64,000 nucleotides of DNA from an uncultured beta proteobacterium. Its GTDB lineage: Bacteria > Pseudomonadota > Gammaproteobacteria > Burkholderiales > Burkholderiaceae_D. Both the position numbers and the translations under genes were made by a program. Under the pieces are notes generated by a model. It was given only the letters and a program-made list of their open reading frames with translations. It searched no databases and was not told where the DNA came from. Positions 37,259 to 49,485 of this stretch are shown piece by piece. Each line of letters begins with the position of its first letter. The first letter of the stretch is position 1. The DNA lies in assembly GCA_963720205.1 (NCBI GenBank), contig OY970390.1:3900570-3964569 (forward strand), written 5' to 3'.

Positions 37259-37843
37259 GTGCGGCCGCTCGCCCGAAATCCTATTTCCTTGCCCGAACTC
37301 CCCGACTGGCTCGCCGCCGCGCGCGACCACTGGCGCTGGCGCGGCGCCGACCGACCGCCGTTCGCCGCGACGCCGGCGCCCGGTCAGCGATCGGTGTGGG
37401 ACTTTCCGCGACCGCCGGCCGTCGTCGACGACGCGCGCGAGATCGTCGTGCGCGCGGGCCGCGACGAGATCGCGCGGACGCGCCGCGCGCTCGCGGTCTG
37501 CGAGACCGGGCACCCGCCGACGTTCTACCTGCCGCCGGACGACGTCGACGCGCGCTTTCTCGAGCCGGCCGGCGGCGGCTCGTTCTGCGAATGGAAGGGC
37601 CCGGCGTCGTACTGGAGCGTGCGGACCGACGACGGCCTGCTGCCGCGGGCGGCCTGGAGCTATCCGCGGCCGCTCGCCGGCGGCGAACGCCTCGCCGGCC
37701 ACGTCGCGTTCTACGCGTCGGCGCTGACCTGCCTCGTCGACGGCGTCCGCGCGCGGCCGCAGCCGGGCGGCTTCTACGGCGGCTGGATCACGCCCGACCT
37801 CGCGGGTCCGTTCAAGGGCGAGCCCGGCAGCGAAGGCTGGTGA
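37259..37843 (+). CDS. DUF427 domain protein
   Basis: SVWDFPRPP, ETGHPPTFYLP, SFCEWKG and QPGGFYGGWIT motifs. Confidence 0.85.
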   Translation: MRPLARNPISLPELPDWLAAARDHWRWRGADRPPFAATPAPGQRSVWDFPRPPAVVDDAREIVVRAGRDEIARTRRALAVCETGHPPTFYLPPDDVDARFLEPAGGGSFCEWKGPASYWSVRTDDGLLPRAAWSYPRPLAGGERLAGHVAFYASALTCLVDGVRARPQPGGFYGGWITPDLAGPFKGEPGSEGW

Positions 37844-37850
37844 GCGCGCC

Positions 37851-38546
37851 TTGAACTCGCTGCCCGACGGCTACCGGGCCGTCGTCGTCGGCGCGTCCGG
37901 CGGCATCGGCCGCGCGTTGGTCGACGCACTGCGCGCGGACCCGCGCTGCCGCGACGTCGAAGCGTTGCACCGGCGATCGACGCCGCGGATCGACTTCGAC
38001 GACGAGGCCAGCATCGGCGACGCCGCGGCGCGGCTCGCGGCCGGTGGCCCGATCGATCTTCTGGTCAACGCCGCCGGTGTCCTGCACGGCGACGCGTTCA
38101 TGCCGGACAAGCGCTTCGCCGACCTCGACGGCGCGCAGCTCGCGGCGGTCTTCCGCGTCAACGCGATCGGACCGGCGCTCGTGCTGCGACACTTCGGGCC
38201 GCTGCTGGCGCGCGAGCGTTCGCTGGTCGGCCTGCTGTCCGCGAAGGTCGGCAGCATCGGCGACGACCGGCTCGGCGGCTGGACGGCGTATCGCGCGTCG
38301 AAGGCCGCGCTGAACATGGTCGCGAAGAATGCGGCGATCGAATTCGCGCGGACGCGGCCGGGTGCGGTCGTCGTCGCGCTGCATCCGGGCACCGTCGACA
38401 CGGCGCTGTCGCGACCGTTCGGCGGCGAGCGGATCGGGCGCCCGCCGGCCGTCGCGGCGGCCGAGCTGCTCGCGGTGCTCGACGGTCTCGCGCCGGCCGA
38501 CAGCGGCGCGTTCGTCGCCTACGACGGCACGCGGCTGCCGTGGTGA
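37851..38546 (+). CDS. SDR oxidoreductase, CsgA/C-factor-like
   Basis: GASGGIG, SAKVGSIGDDRLGGW, YRASKAALN and HPGTVDTALSRPF motifs. Confidence 0.88.
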   Translation: MNSLPDGYRAVVVGASGGIGRALVDALRADPRCRDVEALHRRSTPRIDFDDEASIGDAAARLAAGGPIDLLVNAAGVLHGDAFMPDKRFADLDGAQLAAVFRVNAIGPALVLRHFGPLLARERSLVGLLSAKVGSIGDDRLGGWTAYRASKAALNMVAKNAAIEFARTRPGAVVVALHPGTVDTALSRPFGGERIGRPPAVAAAELLAVLDGLAPADSGAFVAYDGTRLPW

Positions 38547-38565
38547 CGACCGGCGGCGCGCGCAG

Positions 38566-39564
38566 TCAGGCGGCGACGCGCCGGTCGGCCATCGCCTCGG
38601 CCGCGATCTCGTACGACCGCAGCCGCGCCGCGTGGTCGTGGATCTGCGACGTCAGCATCAGCTCGTTCGCGCCGGTGCGCTCGACGAAGCGCTCGATCGC
38701 GGTCCGCACCTCGTCGGGCGTGCCGATCGCCGAGCACGTCAGGACCTGCGCCAGCAGCGCCTTCGCGTCGGGGCCGATGCGGTCCATGAACCCCTCGACC
38801 GGCCGCGGCAGCGGCGCCGGTCGGCCGCTGCGCAGGTTGATGAACGCCTGCTGGCTCGACGACGCGCGATAGACCGCTTCGTCGTGGGTGTCGGCCGCGA
38901 AGACGTTGAAGCCGAGCATCACGTACGGCGTCGCCTGCTGCTTCGACGGACGGAACTGCGCGCGATAGATCTCGACCGCGTCCATCATCTGCGCCGGCGC
39001 GAAGTGCGACGCGAACGCGAACGGAAGCCCGAGCGCGGCCGCGAGCTGCGCGCCGAAGAGGCTCGAGCCGAGGATCCACAGCGGCACCTCGAGGCCGGTG
39101 CCCGGTACCGCGCGGATCGGTTGCGTCGGCGCGGGCGAGAAATAGTCCATCAACTCGAGGACGTCGCGCGGGAAGGCATCCGGGTCGCTGTCGAGCGTGC
39201 GGCGCAGCGCGCGCGCCGTCCGCTGGTCTGCGCCGGGCGCGCGGCCGAGGCCGAGGTCGATGCGGCCGGGGAACAGCGACGCGAGCGTGCCGAACTGCTC
39301 GGCGATCACGAGCGGCGCGTGGTTCGGCAGCATGATGCCGCCGGCCCCGACGCGGATCGTCGACGTGCCGGCGGCGACGTGGCCGATCAGGACGGCGGTC
39401 GCGGCGCTCGCGACGCCCGGCATCCCGTGATGCTCGGCGAGCCAGTAGCGGCGAAAGCCCCAGCGCTCGGCGTGCCGCGCGAGGTCGAGCGTGTTGCGGA
39501 ACGATTGCGCGGCATCGCTGCCTTCGGCGATCGGGGACAGGTCGAGGACGGAATGAGCGGTCAT
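38566..39564 (-). CDS. LLM class flavin-dependent oxidoreductase (YhbW-like)
   Basis: [25 protein letters not shown] and DLGLGRAPG motifs. Confidence 0.92.
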   Translation of the reverse strand: MTAHSVLDLSPIAEGSDAAQSFRNTLDLARHAERWGFRRYWLAEHHGMPGVASAATAVLIGHVAAGTSTIRVGAGGIMLPNHAPLVIAEQFGTLASLFPGRIDLGLGRAPGADQRTARALRRTLDSDPDAFPRDVLELMDYFSPAPTQPIRAVPGTGLEVPLWILGSSLFGAQLAAALGLPFAFASHFAPAQMMDAVEIYRAQFRPSKQQATPYVMLGFNVFAADTHDEAVYRASSSQQAFINLRSGRPAPLPRPVEGFMDRIGPDAKALLAQVLTCSAIGTPDEVRTAIERFVERTGANELMLTSQIHDHAARLRSYEIAAEAMADRRVAA

Positions 39565-39753
39565 GACGGATACCTGAGGGCGCGACGCCGCGGCGCAACG
39601 TCCGATTGGAACACGGGGGCGGCCCGCGGTTCGCGTCACCTGCTCAAGCTTGCCGGGAGGGCGCCGATACAGACCCTGTGAGCCGGGGCCGAGCGCTTCC
39701 GGGCGACCGTTCGTGCCCGCGCGGGACCGGCCCGACCTAGGACTGGACAACGA

Positions 39754-40968
39754 ATGGCGGGCTTGAGCCAACTACGCGTGCTGATCGTCGAGGAGGAGGC
39801 GGGCCGACGGCATCGCATCGCCGAGATGCTGCGCGAGCTCGGCTGCCCGCCCGCCGACGAGGCGGACGACGGCCGCGACGGCCTGGTCATGCTCGAGTCG
39901 GCCGAGCTCGCGTACGACCTGCTGATGTGCAACCTCGACATGGCCGGGATGGACGGCCTCGAGTTCATCCGTCATGCCGCGCGACTCGGCGTCGGCGGGC
40001 TGATCCTGTTCTCCGAGCACGACGAAGCGGTGCTGTCGTCGGCCGAATGGATGGCGCGCGCGTACGACGCGCCGCTGCTCGGCGCGTTGCGGGCGCCGAT
40101 CGACAAGGAAGCGCTGGCGCCGCTGATCGAGCGGCTGCACGGCAATCTCACCGTCTATTCCGACGTCGTCGGCTCGGGATACCCGGTCGGCGACCAGCGC
40201 GCGATCGAGGAGATCGAGACGGCGCTCGCGCTGCGGCAGTTCGTGCCGCACTACCAGCCGAAGGTCTGCCTGACGACGGGCGCGGTGCGCGGCGCCGAGG
40301 CGCTGGTGCGCTGGGAACATCCGGAGCTCGGCCTGCTCGCGCCGACGCACTTCGTCGACCTGACCGAGAGCAGCGGGCTGATCGAGCCGCTGACGCATCT
40401 CGTGCTGGAGCAGGCGGGCCGCGATGCGATGGCCTGGGCGCAGCGCGGACTGAACGTGCAGGTCTCGGTCAACGTCTCGCCGCTGACGCTCGAGATGCCG
40501 AACTGCGCGAAGCAGCTGCTCGAGACGATCGCGCGCACCGGCGCGCAGCCGACGCAGTTCACGATCGAGATCACCGAGAAGGCGTTCGCGCGCGACGCGG
40601 CCACCGTGCTCGAGAACGTGCTGCGACTGCGGATGCGCGGCTGCGGCGTCGCGGTCGACGACTTCGGCACCGGCTATTCGTCGCTGCAGCAGCTGCATCG
40701 CACGCCGATCACCGAGCTCAAGCTCGACCGGTCGTTCGTGCGCCGGCTGAAGTCGAACAGCAAGGCGCAGTCGATCATCGAGTCGACGCTCGACCTCGCG
40801 CGAAAGCTCAAGCTCAAGACCGTCGCCGAAGGCATCGACAACGACGAGCAGCGCCGCTGGCTCGCGTCGCTCGGCTGCCAGACGGGACAGGGCTACTTCT
40901 TCGCGCGGCCGATGGAACGCGAGCAGTTCGAGGCGTGGTGCCGCCGTCGCCAGCCGCTGGCCGCCTGA
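39754..40968 (+). CDS. Receiver-like plus EAL c-di-GMP phosphodiesterase
   Basis: [34 protein letters not shown] and QGY motifs; N-terminal REC-like domain. Confidence 0.9.
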   Translation: MAGLSQLRVLIVEEEAGRRHRIAEMLRELGCPPADEADDGRDGLVMLESAELAYDLLMCNLDMAGMDGLEFIRHAARLGVGGLILFSEHDEAVLSSAEWMARAYDAPLLGALRAPIDKEALAPLIERLHGNLTVYSDVVGSGYPVGDQRAIEEIETALALRQFVPHYQPKVCLTTGAVRGAEALVRWEHPELGLLAPTHFVDLTESSGLIEPLTHLVLEQAGRDAMAWAQRGLNVQVSVNVSPLTLEMPNCAKQLLETIARTGAQPTQFTIEITEKAFARDAATVLENVLRLRMRGCGVAVDDFGTGYSSLQQLHRTPITELKLDRSFVRRLKSNSKAQSIIESTLDLARKLKLKTVAEGIDNDEQRRWLASLGCQTGQGYFFARPMEREQFEAWCRRRQPLAA

Positions 40969-41144
40969 GCGCGAAAGGCGCGTGCTAAGCTCGACGCGCC
41001 ATCCGGGTCCGCGCAGCATCACCGGCGACACCGCGTGACGCCGACGCATCACGCCGCACCCGTGACACCGAACCCAACGACAGCCGCGCCCGCCCGAGCG
41101 CGGCTATTTTTTCGTCCTCGACCCGCCTTCCCGCGCCCGCCGTC

Positions 41145-41888
41145 ATGCACATCCTCGTCTCGAACGACGACGGCTATTTCGCGCCCGGGCTGATCGCGCT
41201 CGCCGACGCGATGGCCGAGCTCGGCGAGGTCACCGTCGTCGCGCCGGAGCAGAACCAGAGCGGCGCGTCCCACTCGCTGACGCTGAACCGGCCGCTGTCG
41301 GTCGTCGAGACCGAACGCGGGTACCGCTCGGTCAACGGCACGCCGACCGACTGCGTCCACGTCGCGATGACCGGCCTGCTCGACCGGCTGCCCGACGTCG
41401 TCGTCTCGGGCATCAACAACGGCCTGAACATGGGCGACGACACGATCTACTCGGGGACCGTCGCGGCGGCGATGGAAGGCTTCCTGTTCGGCGTGCCGTC
41501 GTTCGCGTTCTCGCTCGTCGAGAAGGACTGGACGCATCTCGACGCGGCGGCGCGCGTCGCGCGGAACATCGTCGCGACGACGATGGCCGCGAAGCCGGTC
41601 GGCCCGTTCCTGTTGAACGTCAACATCCCGAATCGCGCCGACGCCGACGCGGCACCGATCGTCGTCGCGCGGCTCGGCAAGCGGCATCCGTCGGAGCCGG
41701 TGCACGTGATGGAGAGCCCGCGCGGCGGCCGGATCTACTGGATCGGCGCGGCGGGTGCGGCGCGCGACGCCGGGCCGGGCACCGACTTCCACGCGGTCGC
41801 GAACGGCATGGTCGCCGTCACGCCGTTGCAGATCGACCTGACGCACGTCGATCGACTCGACGAAGTGCGCGGCTGGCTCGGCGGCTGA
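41145..41888 (+). CDS. surE: 5'/3'-nucleotidase SurE
   Basis: [24 protein letters not shown] and [11 protein letters not shown] motifs. Confidence 0.97.
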   Translation: MHILVSNDDGYFAPGLIALADAMAELGEVTVVAPEQNQSGASHSLTLNRPLSVVETERGYRSVNGTPTDCVHVAMTGLLDRLPDVVVSGINNGLNMGDDTIYSGTVAAAMEGFLFGVPSFAFSLVEKDWTHLDAAARVARNIVATTMAAKPVGPFLLNVNIPNRADADAAPIVVARLGKRHPSEPVHVMESPRGGRIYWIGAAGAARDAGPGTDFHAVANGMVAVTPLQIDLTHVDRLDEVRGWLGG

Positions 41889-41900
41889 CGCGGCGCGCCG

Positions 41901-42769
41901 ATGACGTCGTCGCGCAAGGCGTGGATGGTCGCGATGCCGACCGGCACGACGCCGAAAGCCCGCGCCGGCAAGCCGATCGCGCCCGCCGCGATCAAGCCGA
42001 AGGCCGCCGCGAAGGCCGCGTCGCCGTCGCCGCCGGTCGACGCGCGCGAGCAGGCCGAGCGCGACCGGCGGTATCGCACGCAGGGCGCCGGACACGCGCG
42101 CGCGTCGCTGAATCCCGATCGCCAGCGCGAACGGATGGTCGAGCGGCTGCAGGCGTCGGGCATCCGGCATCCGGCGGTGCTCGCGGCGATGGGGCGCACG
42201 CCGCGGCACCGCTTCGTCGACGAGGGCCTCGCGACCACGCGTACGAGGACACCGCGCTGCCGATCGGCCACGCGCAGACGATCTCGCAGCCGTACGTCGT
42301 CGCGCGGATGACGGAGCTCGTCGTCGCCGAGCTGCCGGTCGCGGCGCGCTCGGCGCGCGATCCTCGAGATCGGGACCGGCTGCGGCTACCAGGCCGCGGT
42401 GCTCGCGGAAGTCGTCGGCGAGGTCTATTCGATCGAGCGCATCCGCGCGCTGCACGACCGCGCGCGCGACAACCTGCGGGCGTTGCGGATGCCGAACCTG
42501 CGGCTCGTCCACGGCGACGGGCTCGCCGGATTGCCGGGCGCGGCGCCGTTCGACGCGCATGCTGATCGCCGCCGCCGGCGACGCGCTGCCCGACGCGCTG
42601 CTCGACCAGGTGAAGATCGGCGGCCGGGTGCTCGCGCCGCTGTCGACCGGACGGGTCGCAGCGCGGCGGACAGACGCTGTGCCTGATCGTGCGGACCGGC
42701 CGCGCGACGTGGTCGACGACGCTGCTCGACGCGGTCCGCTTCGTACCGCTGAAGCCCGGCACGGCCTGA
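41901..42769 (+). CDS. pcm: Protein-L-isoaspartate O-methyltransferase (apparent indels)
   Basis: [44 protein letters not shown] and VRFVPL; follows surE. Confidence 0.92.
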
Positions 42770-42862
42770 TCCGGCGCGGGTCGGTACGCTAAACTCGCGA
42801 CCCCGCGGTGGCCGCGCGCGCCTCGACGCCCGCCGCCGCAAAGCCTTCCGGAAGCCATCGCC

Positions 42863-43838
42863 ATGACGCCCCGTCCGTCCTCGTCCCGGTTGCTCGCGCT
42901 CGCGGCGGCGACGACCGCCGCCGCGCTCGCGGCCTGCACGACCGTCAGCCTCAAGCAGCCGCAGGTCGTCGAGTGGTCGAGCGGCGCACCGCCGACCGTC
43001 ACGCAGGTCTCGCCGTCGGGCGCGGCGCTGCCCGGCGGCACGACCTACGTCGTGCGTCGCGACGACACGCTGGCGTCGATCGCGCGGCGCTTCGACACGA
43101 CGCCGGCCGACCTCGCGGCGTGGAACGACCTCGGCCCGAACCCGCGCGTGCGGCCCGACCAGGTGCTGCGCGTGTCGCCGCCGCCGTCGGTGCGACACGG
43201 CGCCGGTCGCGATGCCGCAACCGGTCGGCAACGAGGGCGTCGAGGCGCGCCCGATCGGGCCGCCGGACGCGTCGTCGGGCATGCTGTCGCCGAGCGCCGC
43301 GGCATCGGTCGCGTCGTCGAACGCGCCGCTGAAGAGCGGACCGCTCGGCACGAAGCAGCCGTATTCGGACGCGGCGTTCGCCGAGCTGTCGCGTGCGGAC
43401 GCCGGCGCCGCGCCACCGGTCGTCGCGTCGATCGCGCCGACGCCGACCGGGCCCGCCACGCCGGCCGCGGCCGGCGGCGTGTCGTGGGGGTGGCCGACCG
43501 AGGCCCGGCCGCGCGGCGGATTCGACGAAAAGTCGAAGGGCGTCGACTTCGCCGGCAAGGCCGGCGATCCGGTGCTCGCGGCGGCCGACGGCCGCGTCAC
43601 GTTCGCCGGCACCGGCGTGCGCGGCTACGGCAACTTCGTGATCGTCCAGCACTCGCCCGACCTGCTGTCGGTCTACGCGCACAACCGCGCGAACCTCGTG
43701 AAGGAAGGCGCGACGGTCGTGAAGGGCCAGAAGATCGCCGAGATGGGCAGCACCGACGCCGACGGCGTGAAGCTGCACTTCGAGATCCGTCGCGACAGCA
43801 AGCCGGTCGACCCGCTGCAATACCTGCCCGCGCGTTGA
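42863..43838 (+). CDS. nlpD: LysM/M23 lipoprotein NlpD (apparent indel near 43195)
   Basis: Lipobox LAAC; LysM domain; GYGNFVIVQH, YAHN and LHFEIRR motifs. Confidence 0.88.
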
Positions 43839-43878
43839 TGCGTCCGCGCATCCCGACGCGCGCCGGTCGCGGTCGCGC

Positions 43879-44664
43879 ATGACGCCGGTCCTCGTCTTCG
43901 ACATCGAGACCGTGCCCGACGCCGCCGGGCTGCGGCGGCTGCACGGCTGGGGCGCCGACCTGACCGACGCCGAGGTCGCGACGCGCGCGCTCGCGGACCG
44001 CGAGGCCGCGACCGGCCGGGCGTTCATGCCGCACTACCTGCAGCGCGTCGTCGCGATCTCGTGCGTGTTCCGCGACGACGACGGGCTGCGCGTGCGATCG
44101 CTCGGCGATCCCGGCGACGGCGAGGCGAAGCTGATCGGCGACTTCTTCAAGACCGTCGAGCGCTACACGCCGCAGCTCGTGTCGTGGAACGGCGGCGGCT
44201 TCGACCTGCCGGTGCTGCATTACCGCGGGCTGGTGCACGGCATCGCCGCGAACCGTTACTGGGACCTCGGCGACGAGGACCGCGACTTCAAGTGGAACAA
44301 CTACATCGGTCGCTATCACATGCGGCACTGCGACCTGATGGACCTGTTGTCGATGTACCAGCCGCGCGCCGCCGCGCCGCTCGACGCGCTCGCGAAGCTG
44401 TGCGGTTTCCCCGGCAAGCTCGGCATGGACGGCAGCCAGGTGTGGCCGGCGTATCTCGACGGCCGGATCGACGACATCCGCGCGTACTGCGAGACCGACG
44501 TGATGAACACGTGGATGATGTTCTGCCGCTTCCAGGCGATGCGCGGCATCCACACGCACGCGGCCTACGAGGCCGAGGTCGCCCTCGCGAAGGCGCTGCT
44601 GTCGTCGCTGCCCGGCGCGCACTGGCGCGAGTACCTCGACGCCTGGAAGGGCCACGACGCTTGA
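43879..44664 (+). CDS. 3'-5' exonuclease (DnaQ-like/PolB-exo-like)
   Basis: [20 protein letters not shown] and YCETDV DEDD motifs. Confidence 0.9.
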   Translation: MTPVLVFDIETVPDAAGLRRLHGWGADLTDAEVATRALADREAATGRAFMPHYLQRVVAISCVFRDDDGLRVRSLGDPGDGEAKLIGDFFKTVERYTPQLVSWNGGGFDLPVLHYRGLVHGIAANRYWDLGDEDRDFKWNNYIGRYHMRHCDLMDLLSMYQPRAAAPLDALAKLCGFPGKLGMDGSQVWPAYLDGRIDDIRAYCETDVMNTWMMFCRFQAMRGIHTHAAYEAEVALAKALLSSLPGAHWREYLDAWKGHDA

Positions 44665-46040
44665 CGCGCGCGCGGCCGCCGCTGCCCGATCCGGTCGCGT
44701 TCGACGCGCCGGTGCTCACGGTCGAGTCGCTCGACCAGGAAGGTCGCGGCGTCGCGCACGTCGACGGCAAGGTCGTCTTCGTCGACGGCGCGCTGGCCGG
44801 CGAGCGGGTCAGCTACGCGAGCCGCACGAAGAAGGCGAGCTACGAGATCGCCGACGTCGGACGCGTGATCCGCGAGAGCGCGTCGCGCGTCGTGCCGCGC
44901 TGCCCGCACTTCGGCGTCTGCGGCGGCTGTTCGATGCAGCATCTCGACGCGGCGGCGCAGGTCGCCGTGAAGCAGCGCGTGCTCGAGGACGCGCTGCGCC
45001 ACATCGGCCGCGTGCGCCCCGAGCGCATGCTGCCGCCGATCCACGGTCCGGCGTGGGGCTATCGCCATCGCGCGCGGCTGTCGGTGCGGCTGGTCGAGAA
45101 GAAGGGCGGCGTGCTGGTCGGCTTCCACGAGCGGCGCAGCAGCTACGTCGCCGAGATGCGCGAGTGCCACGTCGTGCCGCCGCACGTCGGCGCGCTGATC
45201 GTGCCGCTGCGCGAGCTCGTCGCGAAGCTGTCGATCGCGCGACGCCTGCCGCAGATCGAGCTCGCGATCGGCGAGGGCGCGAGCCCGCGCGACCTCGTGA
45301 CGGTGCTCGTGCTGCGCATCCTCGAGCCGCTGTCCGCCGCCGACGAGGCGACGCTCGACGCGTTCGCGGCCGAACATCGCGTCGAGCTCTGGGTGCAGCC
45401 GAAGGGGCCGGACACGGCCCGCCCGCTGCGAGCGTCGTCGCCGGCGGAGCTGCACTACGACCTGCCCGAGTTCGGCGTGCGCGTGTGGTTCGGGCCGACC
45501 GATTTCACGCAGGTCAACGCGCCGATCAATCGCGTGCTCGTCGGGCGCGCGCTGCGGCTGCTCGACGCGCAGCCGGGCGATCGCGTCGCCGACCTGTTCT
45601 GCGGCCTCGGCAACTTCACGCTGCCGATCGCGACCCGCGCGCGCGAGGTCGTCGGCATCGAAGGCAGCGCCGCGATGACGGCGCGCGCCGCGGCGAACGC
45701 CGCACGCAACGGCCTCGCGGCGAAGACGTCGTTCCGCGTCGCGAACCTGTTCGAGGTCGACGCCGCGTTCCTCGACGAGCTCGGACCGTTCGACCGGATG
45801 CTGATCGATCCGCCGCGCGAAGGCGCGATCGCGGTCGCGAAGGCGCTCGCGGCGTCGACGCCGGAGCGCGCGCCGCACCGCATCGTCTACGTGTCGTGCA
45901 ATCCGGCGACGCTCGCCCGCGACGCGGCCGTCTTGACGCACGAGGGCCGCTACGTGCTCGCGCAGGCCGGCGTCGTCAACATGTTCCCGCAGACGTCGCA
46001 CGTCGAGTCGATCGCGGTGTTCGACCGGTCGGACGCGTAG
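44661..46040 (+). CDS. rlmD: 23S rRNA m5U1939 methyltransferase
   Basis: TRAM domain; [10 protein letters not shown]; DLFCGLGNF; DPPREG; [12 protein letters not shown]; [10 protein letters not shown]; exact start uncertain. Confidence 0.93.
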   Translation: MTRARPPLPDPVAFDAPVLTVESLDQEGRGVAHVDGKVVFVDGALAGERVSYASRTKKASYEIADVGRVIRESASRVVPRCPHFGVCGGCSMQHLDAAAQVAVKQRVLEDALRHIGRVRPERMLPPIHGPAWGYRHRARLSVRLVEKKGGVLVGFHERRSSYVAEMRECHVVPPHVGALIVPLRELVAKLSIARRLPQIELAIGEGASPRDLVTVLVLRILEPLSAADEATLDAFAAEHRVELWVQPKGPDTARPLRASSPAELHYDLPEFGVRVWFGPTDFTQVNAPINRVLVGRALRLLDAQPGDRVADLFCGLGNFTLPIATRAREVVGIEGSAAMTARAAANAARNGLAAKTSFRVANLFEVDAAFLDELGPFDRMLIDPPREGAIAVAKALAASTPERAPHRIVYVSCNPATLARDAAVLTHEGRYVLAQAGVVNMFPQTSHVESIAVFDRSDA

Positions 46041-46059
46041 GCCGGGTCGTCGACAGGCG

Positions 46060-46087
46060 AAAAAAAGCCCGCCGGAGCGGGCCTTTC
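46060..46087 (-). terminator. Intrinsic terminator between convergent rlmD and yccA, likely bidirectional
   Basis: A7-GCCCGC-CGGA-GCGGGC-CTTT. Confidence 0.8.
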
Positions 46088-46106
46088 GTCGCGCTGGCTC
46101 GGACCG

Positions 46107-46832
46107 TCAGTTGCGGTTGCCGCCGAAGATGCCGAGGATCGCGAGGAGGTTGCTGAACACGTTGTACAGGTCGAGGTAGATCGCGAGCGTGGCGCGGATG
46201 TAGTTCGTCTCGCCGCCGTTGATGACGCGCTGGACGTCGTACAGCATGAACGCCGAGAAGATCACGATCGCGAGCACCGAGATCGCGAGCATCATCGCCG
46301 GCAGCTGCAGGAAGAAGTTCGCGAGCGCCGCGATCAGGATCACGACCGCGCCCATCATCAGCCAGCGGCCCATTCCCGAGAAGTCGCGCTTGCTGACCGT
46401 CGCGATCGACGCCATCGCGCCGAAGATGATCGCGGTGCCGCCGAACGCCATCGTGATCAGCGACAGCCCGTTCGAGAAGCCGAGCACGAACGCCAGCAGC
46501 CGGGACAGCATCAGCCCCATGAAGAACGTGAAGGCGAGCAGCAACGCGACGCCGATGCCGCTGTCCTTGTTGCGCTCGATCGCGTAGATCATGCCGAACG
46601 CGCCGACCAGGAAGACGATCAACGTCATGCCCGGGCGGGCGCCCATCACGCCGGCGAAGTTGAACGCGATGCCGGCCCACGCGCCGAGCACCGTCGGGAT
46701 CATCGACAGCGCCAGCAGCCAGTACGTGTTGCGCAGGACGGCGTTGCGCGCGAGCAGCGAGCCGGACGTCGCCGGGGACCCGAACGCATACGGGTTGGCG
46801 CGCTGCAGATTGCGATTCAGATCGTTGTCCAT
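46107..46832 (-). CDS. yccA: Bax inhibitor-1/YccA family membrane protein
   Basis: VLRNTYWLLALS and GGETNYIRATLAIYLDLYN motifs. Confidence 0.9.
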   Translation of the reverse strand: MDNDLNRNLQRANPYAFGSPATSGSLLARNAVLRNTYWLLALSMIPTVLGAWAGIAFNFAGVMGARPGMTLIVFLVGAFGMIYAIERNKDSGIGVALLLAFTFFMGLMLSRLLAFVLGFSNGLSLITMAFGGTAIIFGAMASIATVSKRDFSGMGRWLMMGAVVILIAALANFFLQLPAMMLAISVLAIVIFSAFMLYDVQRVINGGETNYIRATLAIYLDLYNVFSNLLAILGIFGGNRN

Positions 46833-47096
46833 CGAAACTCCCGATTCAAGCGAGAAGACACCGGTTCGAAGATCGCGTGCGCCGTCCGGATTTCAAGGGT
46901 GAATCCGGGGTACGAGGACGCGCCGATCACCGTCGCCGATCATACTGCACTCAGACGAGGCGGCTTGCGGAAAGTTGCAGACGCGCGCCGTCTCGGACTC
47001 CCCCTGCCGGCCGCGCCGTCGACGCGGTTGCGCATCCGTGCCGTGGTAATATCGAGGGTTGACAAAACCAATAATTGCACCTGAGGAAACAACCAC

Positions 47097-47522
47097 ATGG
47101 CAAGCGAGCGCACCCTGTCGATCATCAAGCCGGACGCGGTGGCGAAGAACGTCGTCGGCCGGATCCTGTCGCGCTTCGAGGACGCCGGCCTGAAGGTCGC
47201 GGCGTGCCGCATGACGCAGCTCTCGCGCACCGAGGCGGAGGGGTTCTACGCGGTGCACCGCGAGCGGCCGTTCTTCAAGGACCTCGTCGAATTCATGATT
47301 TCCGGGCCGGTCGTGGTGCAGGTGCTCGAAGGCGACGGCGCCATCCAGAAGAATCGCGACCTGATGGGCGCGACCGATCCGAAGAAGGCGGCGGCCGGCA
47401 CGATCCGCGCCGACTTCGCCGACAGCATCGACGCGAATGCGGTGCACGGCAGCGACGCGCCGGAGACCGCCGCGACCGAGATCGCGTATTTCTTCCCCGC
47501 GCTGAACGTCTACGCCCGCTGA
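47097..47522 (+). CDS. ndk: Nucleoside diphosphate kinase
   Basis: [20 protein letters not shown] and NAVHGSD motifs. Confidence 0.98.
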   Translation: MASERTLSIIKPDAVAKNVVGRILSRFEDAGLKVAACRMTQLSRTEAEGFYAVHRERPFFKDLVEFMISGPVVVQVLEGDGAIQKNRDLMGATDPKKAAAGTIRADFADSIDANAVHGSDAPETAATEIAYFFPALNVYAR

Positions 47523-47538
47523 GGATCGCCGACCCGCG

Positions 47539-48678
47539 ATGGACACCCGGACCAACCTGCTCGACCTCGACGCCGACGCGCTAGCCGCGTGGTGCGTCGC
47601 GCACGGCGAGAAGCCGTTCCGGGCGAAGCAGCTGCTGCAGTGGATCCATCGCGCCGGCGTCGCCGACTTCGACGCGATGACGACGCTCGCGAAGAGCCTG
47701 CGCGAGCGGCTCGTGGCGTCGGCCGAGGTCCGCGAACTGCCGGCGCTGAGCGACCACGTGTCGGCCGACGGCACGCGCAAGTGGCTGCTCGACGTCGGGC
47801 AGGGCAACGCGGTCGAGACGGTGTTCATCCCCGAGACGCGGCGCGGAACGCTGTGCATCTCGACGCAGGCCGGATGCGCGGTCAATTGCCGCTTCTGCTC
47901 GACCGGCAAGCAGGGCTTCAACCGCAACCTCACGACCGGCGAGATCATCGGCCAGCTGTGGCTCGCGAACCGCAAGCTCGGCGCGGTGGCGGCCGGCGGC
48001 GACGAGGGCGGCGAGCGCGTGATCAGCAACGTCGTGCTGATGGGCATGGGCGAGCCGCTGCTGAACTACGAGCCGGTCGTCGCCGCGCTGCGGCTGATGC
48101 TCGACGACCACGCGTACGGCCTGTCGCGTCGCCGCGTGACGCTGTCGACGTCGGGCGTCGTGCCGATGATCGACCGGCTGCGCGACGACTGCCCGGTGGC
48201 GCTCGCCGTCTCGCTGCACGCCTCCAACGACGCGCTGCGCGACGAGCTCGTGCCGCTGAACCGCAAGTACCCGCTGCGCGAGCTGCTGGCCGCCTGCAAC
48301 CGCTATCTCGATCGCGCGCCGCGCGACTTCGTCACGTTCGAATACGTGATGCTGGCCGGCATCAACGACGGCGACGCGCACGCGCGCGAACTGGTCGCGC
48401 TGGTCCGCGACACGCCGTGCAAGTTCAACCTGATCCCGTTCAATCCGTTCCCCGGCGCCGGTCTCGACGGCTCGTCGCGCGCGCGCATCCACGCGTTCGG
48501 CGAGATCCTGCTGCAAGCCGGCATCGTCACGACGATCCGCAAGACGCGCGGCGACGACATCGACGCGGCGTGCGGCCAGCTCGCCGGCGCGGTGCGCGAC
48601 CGCACGCGGCTCGCCGAGCGCGAATCGCGCGGGCGGACGGTGCCGATCGTCGCCGAGACCGCGACGGTGCACGCATGA
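47539..48678 (+). CDS. rlmN: Dual-specificity RNA methyltransferase RlmN
   Basis: CAVNCRFC radical-SAM motif; MGMGEPL; DIDAACGQL. Confidence 0.97.
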   Translation: MDTRTNLLDLDADALAAWCVAHGEKPFRAKQLLQWIHRAGVADFDAMTTLAKSLRERLVASAEVRELPALSDHVSADGTRKWLLDVGQGNAVETVFIPETRRGTLCISTQAGCAVNCRFCSTGKQGFNRNLTTGEIIGQLWLANRKLGAVAAGGDEGGERVISNVVLMGMGEPLLNYEPVVAALRLMLDDHAYGLSRRRVTLSTSGVVPMIDRLRDDCPVALAVSLHASNDALRDELVPLNRKYPLRELLAACNRYLDRAPRDFVTFEYVMLAGINDGDAHARELVALVRDTPCKFNLIPFNPFPGAGLDGSSRARIHAFGEILLQAGIVTTIRKTRGDDIDAACGQLAGAVRDRTRLAERESRGRTVPIVAETATVHA

Positions 48679-49481
48679 CGAGCGCGGCCCGCCTGTTGCT
48701 CGCGATCGCGTTCGCGTCGACGCTCGCGGCGTGCTCGACCACGTCGACGAAGACGCCGACGCCGAACACGACCGAAGCCGACGCCGAGAAGCGCGAGGTT
48801 CCGACCGACCCGCGCCGTCGCGCCGCCATTCGTCTGCAGCTCGCCGTCAGCTACTACCAGGACGGCAAGTTCAACGTCGCGCTCGACGAGCTGAAGCAGG
48901 CGCTCGTGCTCGACCCGTCGTACGCCGAGGCGCACATGATGGTCGCGATGGTCTACAACGAGCTCGGCGACGACGCTCATGCACAGCAGAGCTTCCAGCG
49001 GGCGCTGCAGCTCGAGCCGCAGAATCCGGACGTCGACAACAACTACGGCTGGTATCTCTGCCAGCACGGCCACGAGAAAGAGGCGCTCGGCTACTTCGAG
49101 ACGGCGCTGAAGGACCCGCTGTACACGCAGAAGGCCAAGCCGCTGCAGAACGCCGGCGTCTGTGCGCGGAAGATGGGCGACATGGCGCTCGCCGAGACCT
49201 ACTTCCGCCGCTCGTTCGAACTCGACCCCGGCGGCGCGGTGTCCGCGTACAACCTCGCGCTGATCTACTACGACCGGCACGACTACGACCGCGCGCGCTT
49301 CTACATCGCGCAGGTCAACGGCAGCACGGCGCCGTCGGCGGCGAGCCTGTGGCTCGGCATCCGCATCGAACGCCGGCTCGGCAACAAGACGAACGAGGTC
49401 GCGCTCGAGAACCAGCTCGACCGGCAGTTCGGCGATTCGCGCGAGGCGCAGCTGCGCCGGCGCGGCGCGTACAGCGACTGA
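48675..49481 (+). CDS. pilW: Type IV pilus biogenesis/stability lipoprotein PilW (PilF)
   Basis: Lipobox LAAC; TPR repeats; NNYGWYLC; LWLGIRIER; conserved position after rlmN. Confidence 0.9.
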   Translation: MTSAARLLLAIAFASTLAACSTTSTKTPTPNTTEADAEKREVPTDPRRRAAIRLQLAVSYYQDGKFNVALDELKQALVLDPSYAEAHMMVAMVYNELGDDAHAQQSFQRALQLEPQNPDVDNNYGWYLCQHGHEKEALGYFETALKDPLYTQKAKPLQNAGVCARKMGDMALAETYFRRSFELDPGGAVSAYNLALIYYDRHDYDRARFYIAQVNGSTAPSAASLWLGIRIERRLGNKTNEVALENQLDRQFGDSREAQLRRRGAYSD

Positions 49482-49485
49482 GGCG

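Noticed and set aside
32900-41140. Integrative element or prophage at tRNA-Pro
   Set aside because: No integrase, no duplicated tRNA 3' end seen and composition is host-like; treated only as a variable accessory region
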